Assembly (NCBI GenBank): GCA_963693365.1
Contig: CAVNZM010000003.1
Span: 7,249,312-7,313,311, forward strand
Source: Amoebidium appalachense
Taxonomy: Eukaryota > Protista > Ichthyosporea
DNA length: 64,000 nucleotides
Direction: 5' to 3'
Part shown: positions 59,960-64,000 of the stretch, piece by piece
Layout: every line of letters starts with the position of its first letter
Position numbering within the stretch: position 1 is the stretch's first letter
Translations under genes and position numbers: made by a program
Notes under the pieces: generated by a model
What the model was told of the DNA's origin: nothing
What the model saw: the letters and a program-made list of their open reading frames with translations, nothing else
Databases searched by the model: none

Positions 59960-62900
59960 CTATAATTTTGTAGTGATGTGTTTCTCAAGCCAATCAATAC
60001 ATCTAATAAACAGGTCGTAGTTACGCGTGTTTAGTATAAAATCAAGGATGTTGTAATTTACAGGTAGGCTATCTTTCTGGGTGTCTGTTGTGAATGTGAC
60101 GTGTGTGTGTTGCGGTATTATGTGGTCTATCAAACTACATTTGGCGATACATGACCGGTTAAACTGGTGTGTGTGTGTGTTGTTTGGGCATGCAAATGAT
60201 GCCACCTTATACTTATTAGATCTCCACTGTATAGCACGTGTACAGTAAAAGCGTGGTAATTGATCAATAATACCATCAGCTAGAGAAAGACCAGTTCTAC
60301 AGGAAGGTAATATGTATTTAGGTGTTATACACTTGCGAGTGCCATATTTGGCAATATGGTTGAGGCGGTCAGTATATATAAAACGAGACATAAGGCTTAG
60401 TTTTTCAAGGTGTATGCTTTCATCGGGTCTAGTGTCGTGTGGTATCTTTTTCCATTTGTTATATTGCGTGATTATCTTGTGATTGTGTACATGTTTAATA
60501 AGTAAGTGGCAGTCCAAAGTCACACACACACTATTGCGGGGTTTATTTGTATTTGTGCCCAGGGGAGAAGGGGAGAGAGAGGGGAGGAAAGAGGGGAGAG
60601 GTGAGGAGGGGACAGGTCGGATAGAGAAGAGAGGGTGGGAGGGCAAATACTTCTTTAAGCGGCTTATGTGCTTATTGAATTTCAGCGCGAGATAGGATAC
60701 TCTAGCAGCTATTGGGACCAGACCATATATCGAGAGCGTTACAGGCCCAGGTTTACAACAGTTGTTAGATAGAAAGGAGGCAACTTCTGCTTCAAGGAAA
60801 TTTGCCAAGGGTTTAAGCGCTCTAGTTCTCTCTTTCTTGATCCAAGCGGCGAGAAGGGGTAAACCATATTCACATGCCGGGAAGACAAAAGTGGGAATAA
60901 ATGTAAGTCTAATAGAAGGATGGAGGGGTGTGTCTTTAAAAATATTAGCCGAGAAGAAAGCTAACCGCTTACGAGCCAACTCTACCCTCTTTTCGACCAT
61001 ATGGGGAAACATAACACCAACAGAATCAACCGGAACACCAAGATATTTGTATTCTGGAACTATAGGTACAGGTTTAGATGATAATGTAAATGTGTGTAAA
61101 TTGTTAGCTATATCAGGTACAAGAACACCACATTTGTCTATGTTAAGGATCATAAGGTTTGCCTTGCACCACTCTGACACTACATCGAACAATCTTTGCA
61201 GGCGTCTAGGGGTACGGGCAAGGAGGGACAGATCATCAGCATAGAGAAGTGCAGGCGGAAAGTTATTAATAGGGTCATCGTTTTCGGCGTAAATCTTGAC
61301 AGCCAAATCATCTATAAATAGGTTAAACAAAAAGGGGCTAAGCAATGAACCCTGCAAGAGACCTCTAGTACGAGCAAAACCATATGAAAGATGCCCATTA
61401 ACCACAGCTCTACCATAGGTTTGAGACAAGAGTGCTTCTAACAGAACACCAATGCAGTGTGGTACACCCCGTGCAGCAAGCTTTTCCCATAGGAGACCAG
61501 GGGAGACAGAATCGTAAGCAGTTTTCCAATCAATAAAGCCAACATATTGTGCACCAACTTGCATAGAATCGTGCAGTGCCATTATTTGAACATAACATGA
61601 ATTGTTTTTACGAAAAGCGGATTGGCATGGGTGTATGTGAAGAATAGATTGAAACCTAGGGTGATGTGCAAATAACCTAAGTAAGCAAGCTTCAAAGAAT
61701 CTACGAACAACCTGGGTTAGTGTAATGGGGCGAAAGGATGATATGGGGCCCTCAGAGTCCTTCTTAACTATGGGGATCACTAAGGTATCTAACCAAGATG
61801 ACGGGACATGTCCACATTTAACACACCAAGAAAAGAGAGAGCTTAACATGATAGTAAGATCAGGTTTAATAGCACGATCACTTTCCTTTTGTGGGTAGGA
61901 GGGAACAAGGATTTTAAGAAACCCAGCAGGGAGTCCATCAGGTCCACAAGACTTACTAGAGCTATAACTAGATATCACAGACCATATGGCATCGGGACTG
62001 AAAAAGGGGAGGATCGATTCTATGGGGATAGATGGGTCTACAGGCCACACAATAGGTTTCTGAGCGGGGGTCCTATCTTTAAACAGTTCCGAGAAATACT
62101 TATCAGAGTCTATGAGGGGGTCTCCAGTGGTATCACCAATAATACGAGCAGGGGGGCCAAATCGATTCATACTAGCAAGCCGGCGCAAGCTTTCCTTTTG
62201 AGACAGGGGTTCACCTAGTCTAGCGGGAGTGGTGTTTGGTAACAAGAGAGCATCGGGATATTCCTTCCTACCACCGCCAGCATAATCACCGAGATCTATC
62301 AAATCATCAACAATAAAGTTAGTGCATGTATCTAGTACGAGATGTGAATCTGGCCTGGCTTGTGCAGATTCTAATAGGCGCATATATATAGGGTGTTTCG
62401 TAGCATAGCATACACATACATCAACTCTACCCCACTGTGACTTAAGCTGGGATAGACGGAGGCGAAAGGTGGGAGGGGGAGGGGGGAGCAGATCAAGGGA
62501 GATCTTAGGTAGGAAAAGGATAGGAGAGTGGTCAGATGACCTAGAGAGGTTAGGAGGGAGAGAGAGTTTTGACATGGTTGATGGCCAAAAGGCCACTCCC
62601 CAGTCGGTGTTGTGGGCATGGGATATTTGAGGGAACCGCAAAGTGTGACTTTGGACATACCTTGCTAAAGGGATAGCACGCTCCGGGGGCTTAGATGGGT
62701 ACCCGACACTCACTTGCAGTGTGTCTGTGTGGTGGAGTCGCGTGTTAAAATCACCTAAAATAACAGTGGACATTGGTAACTGTGACAACTCGTGAGTCAA
62801 TTCGACAACCGACATAGATGGTGGGTAATATACAAAAGTAAAAACATTAGAAAGAAACTCTATAGAAACCGAGAATTCCGTTTTTGCTACCGGTTTGCAC

Positions 62901-63154
62901 TTCACTCTCACGTGTGGTGCGGCAAGTACAATAATGCCTCGGTTTTTCGCGTAACCGGGGTGTGTGGATGTGTCGACCAATGTAGAGTTGAATTTGTGGT
63001 GGTTTTTAAACTGTGTTTCGCAAATCACTGTAAACGTGTGGTTGTTTGTCTGTTGTTGTATGTAGCTGATTTTATCGTCGAGTGTCCCGGGGGGGAGGCC
63101 CTTTTGGGGGCCCAGTGTCCGAGCATTCCAGAAGAAGAAGGATAAATTAGGCAT
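59960..63154 (-). CDS. LINE ORF2: apurinic-like endonuclease + reverse transcriptase + C-terminal Cys/His region, 1064 aa
   Basis: APE motifs FWNARTL, ICET, YYPPS, ILGDFN, SDHSPI. RT motifs GPDG, FRPITL, QSAFR, FIDWKTAYDSV, GLLQGSLLSPFLFNLFIDDL, LYADD, YKYLGV. Confidence 0.97.
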   Translation of the reverse strand: MPNLSFFFWNARTLGPQKGLPPGTLDDKISYIQQQTNNHTFTVICETQFKNHHKFNSTLVDTSTHPGYAKNRGIIVLAAPHVRVKCKPVAKTEFSVSIEFLSNVFTFVYYPPSMSVVELTHELSQLPMSTVILGDFNTRLHHTDTLQVSVGYPSKPPERAIPLARYVQSHTLRFPQISHAHNTDWGVAFWPSTMSKLSLPPNLSRSSDHSPILFLPKISLDLLPPPPPTFRLRLSQLKSQWGRVDVCVCYATKHPIYMRLLESAQARPDSHLVLDTCTNFIVDDLIDLGDYAGGGRKEYPDALLLPNTTPARLGEPLSQKESLRRLASMNRFGPPARIIGDTTGDPLIDSDKYFSELFKDRTPAQKPIVWPVDPSIPIESILPFFSPDAIWSVISSYSSSKSCGPDGLPAGFLKILVPSYPQKESDRAIKPDLTIMLSSLFSWCVKCGHVPSSWLDTLVIPIVKKDSEGPISSFRPITLTQVVRRFFEACLLRLFAHHPRFQSILHIHPCQSAFRKNNSCYVQIMALHDSMQVGAQYVGFIDWKTAYDSVSPGLLWEKLAARGVPHCIGVLLEALLSQTYGRAVVNGHLSYGFARTRGLLQGSLLSPFLFNLFIDDLAVKIYAENDDPINNFPPALLYADDLSLLARTPRRLQRLFDVVSEWCKANLMILNIDKCGVLVPDIANNLHTFTLSSKPVPIVPEYKYLGVPVDSVGVMFPHMVEKRVELARKRLAFFSANIFKDTPLHPSIRLTFIPTFVFPACEYGLPLLAAWIKKERTRALKPLANFLEAEVASFLSNNCCKPGPVTLSIYGLVPIAARVSYLALKFNKHISRLKKYLPSHPLFSIRPVPSSPLPSFLPSLSPSPLGTNTNKPRNSVCVTLDCHLLIKHVHNHKIITQYNKWKKIPHDTRPDESIHLEKLSLMSRFIYTDRLNHIAKYGTRKCITPKYILPSCRTGLSLADGIIDQLPRFYCTRAIQWRSNKYKVASFACPNNTHTHQFNRSCIAKCSLIDHIIPQHTHVTFTTDTQKDSLPVNYNILDFILNTRNYDLFIRCIDWLEKHITTKL

Positions 63155-64000
63155 CGGTTTGGTCCGACACCTGTGGGGTTGGTTCCCACTTGTCGCTTAC
63201 GGGGTCGTATGCACGACCTTCCGCCAGCGCGAACAGTTCGCAGAAGAGCTCGATTTCCATCTCGCATCGGCGTTTGCGCTCGAGCAGTTTCTCACCAGAA
63301 AACATTGGTTCCTTCGTGTCCGTGTCTATCACGCTCGTAGCATCGTTTTCCAACTTTGCGAGGAACTCTTTTGCCTTGCTGATGCGTACACGACAACGTG
63401 TGGCGCACGCATTCTTAGCAGACACTTTACGTTCTTTGTCTGCTTTCTGAATGTTTTCCGGCGCGCATGGGTCGTAGCTTGGGAGGTGGGTGAAGAAGCT
63501 TCCACACCCCTTTGTCGCGTCACGGATGAACGCACGGTTATAGTCGCCCCGTACTGCTACTTCCAGCACATCGTATCCAATGAAGGACAGACAAAGGATG
63601 CGAGAGCACCGGAAGCCGAGAGCCTTGAAGATGGACCACATGGCCCTGTGTGGGCGTCTGCCGTGCTTGACTTTGAAATACACCCTCTCGTATTTGGGTG
63701 GGATGTTCATGTTACCGTTTGCTTGGGTGTTCCCCTTAGCCGGCGGTTTGGGAGGGGAGTTGCGGCGGTACTCGTTGCCTGCAAGAATGCTGGCATATGT
63801 TTCCTTGGCAATTTGGCGGAGCTCGGGTGTTTTACGAGAGTTCGCATATTCTAGGAACTCTGCCGGGAGCTGTGCTTCCGGTCCTGTGTTGTTTTGTGTT
63901 GGGGTGGAAATGTCTCCGTCGCGAGATGTTTGCTCATGAGTTTTGGGGTTTTGCGATCCACTAATGTTTAGCTGGGCTGTGAGTGAATCAATGGTGAGCT
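63147..64000 (-). CDS. LINE ORF1, 5'-partial (frame stays open to the window edge)
   Basis: No in-frame stop between 63710 and 64000; ends ...QTDA-TAA overlapping the ORF2 ATG. No CCHC knuckle seen. Confidence 0.85.
   Translation of the reverse strand, partial: LTIDSLTAQLNISGSQNPKTHEQTSRDGDISTPTQNNTGPEAQLPAEFLEYANSRKTPELRQIAKETYASILAGNEYRRNSPPKPPAKGNTQANGNMNIPPKYERVYFKVKHGRRPHRAMWSIFKALGFRCSRILCLSFIGYDVLEVAVRGDYNRAFIRDATKGCGSFFTHLPSYDPCAPENIQKADKERKVSAKNACATRCRVRISKAKEFLAKLENDATSVIDTDTKEPMFSGEKLLERKRRCEMEIELFCELFALAEGRAYDPVSDKWEPTPQVSDQTDA

Larger units (their letters stand above)
59814..64000 (-). mobile_element. Non-LTR retrotransposon (LINE, APE-type), apparently intact; 5' end lies beyond the window
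   Basis: ORF1 plus ORF2 (APE-RT), a short 3'UTR containing (CA)n, and a poly(A) tail (T-run 59814-59846 on +). Confidence 0.95.

Noticed and set aside
60483-63939. Plus-strand ORFs over the LINE
   Set aside because: Antisense shadows of ORF1 and ORF2.

Overview
Eukaryotic, intron-rich genomic DNA saturated with (CA)n/(GT)n microsatellites and poly-C/poly-G runs, so most ORFs in the supplied track are low-complexity artefacts. The gene content (type-I EF-hand DGK, CD225/dispanin) and an animal-type tRNA-iMet primer site suggest a holozoan, possibly unicellular; this is inference only. Genes spliced by hand with consistent GT-AG phases: a 2-exon putative secreted orphan (-), ArfGAP1 (10 exons, +), an MCM6 lacking its whole central OB/Zn/AAA+ region (+), a 26-exon NCS/recoverin-headed diacylglycerol kinase (+), a LicD/fukutin-family transferase (-) and a dispanin with a Cys-rich C-terminal extension (+). 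Mobile DNA: an apparently intact APE-RT LINE running off the right edge, a 369-bp TRIM with PBS and TSD, a 5'-truncated repeat family ending in Cn-An, and a GGGGTTTAC-ended repeat found both at the MCM6 deletion junction and next to the LINE poly(A). The most notable observations are the mini-MCM6, complementarity between the LINE 3'UTR and the start of ORF2, the Cn-An-tailed family and the myristoylated NCS-like DGK head. I recognised no rRNA, tRNA or CRISPR array.
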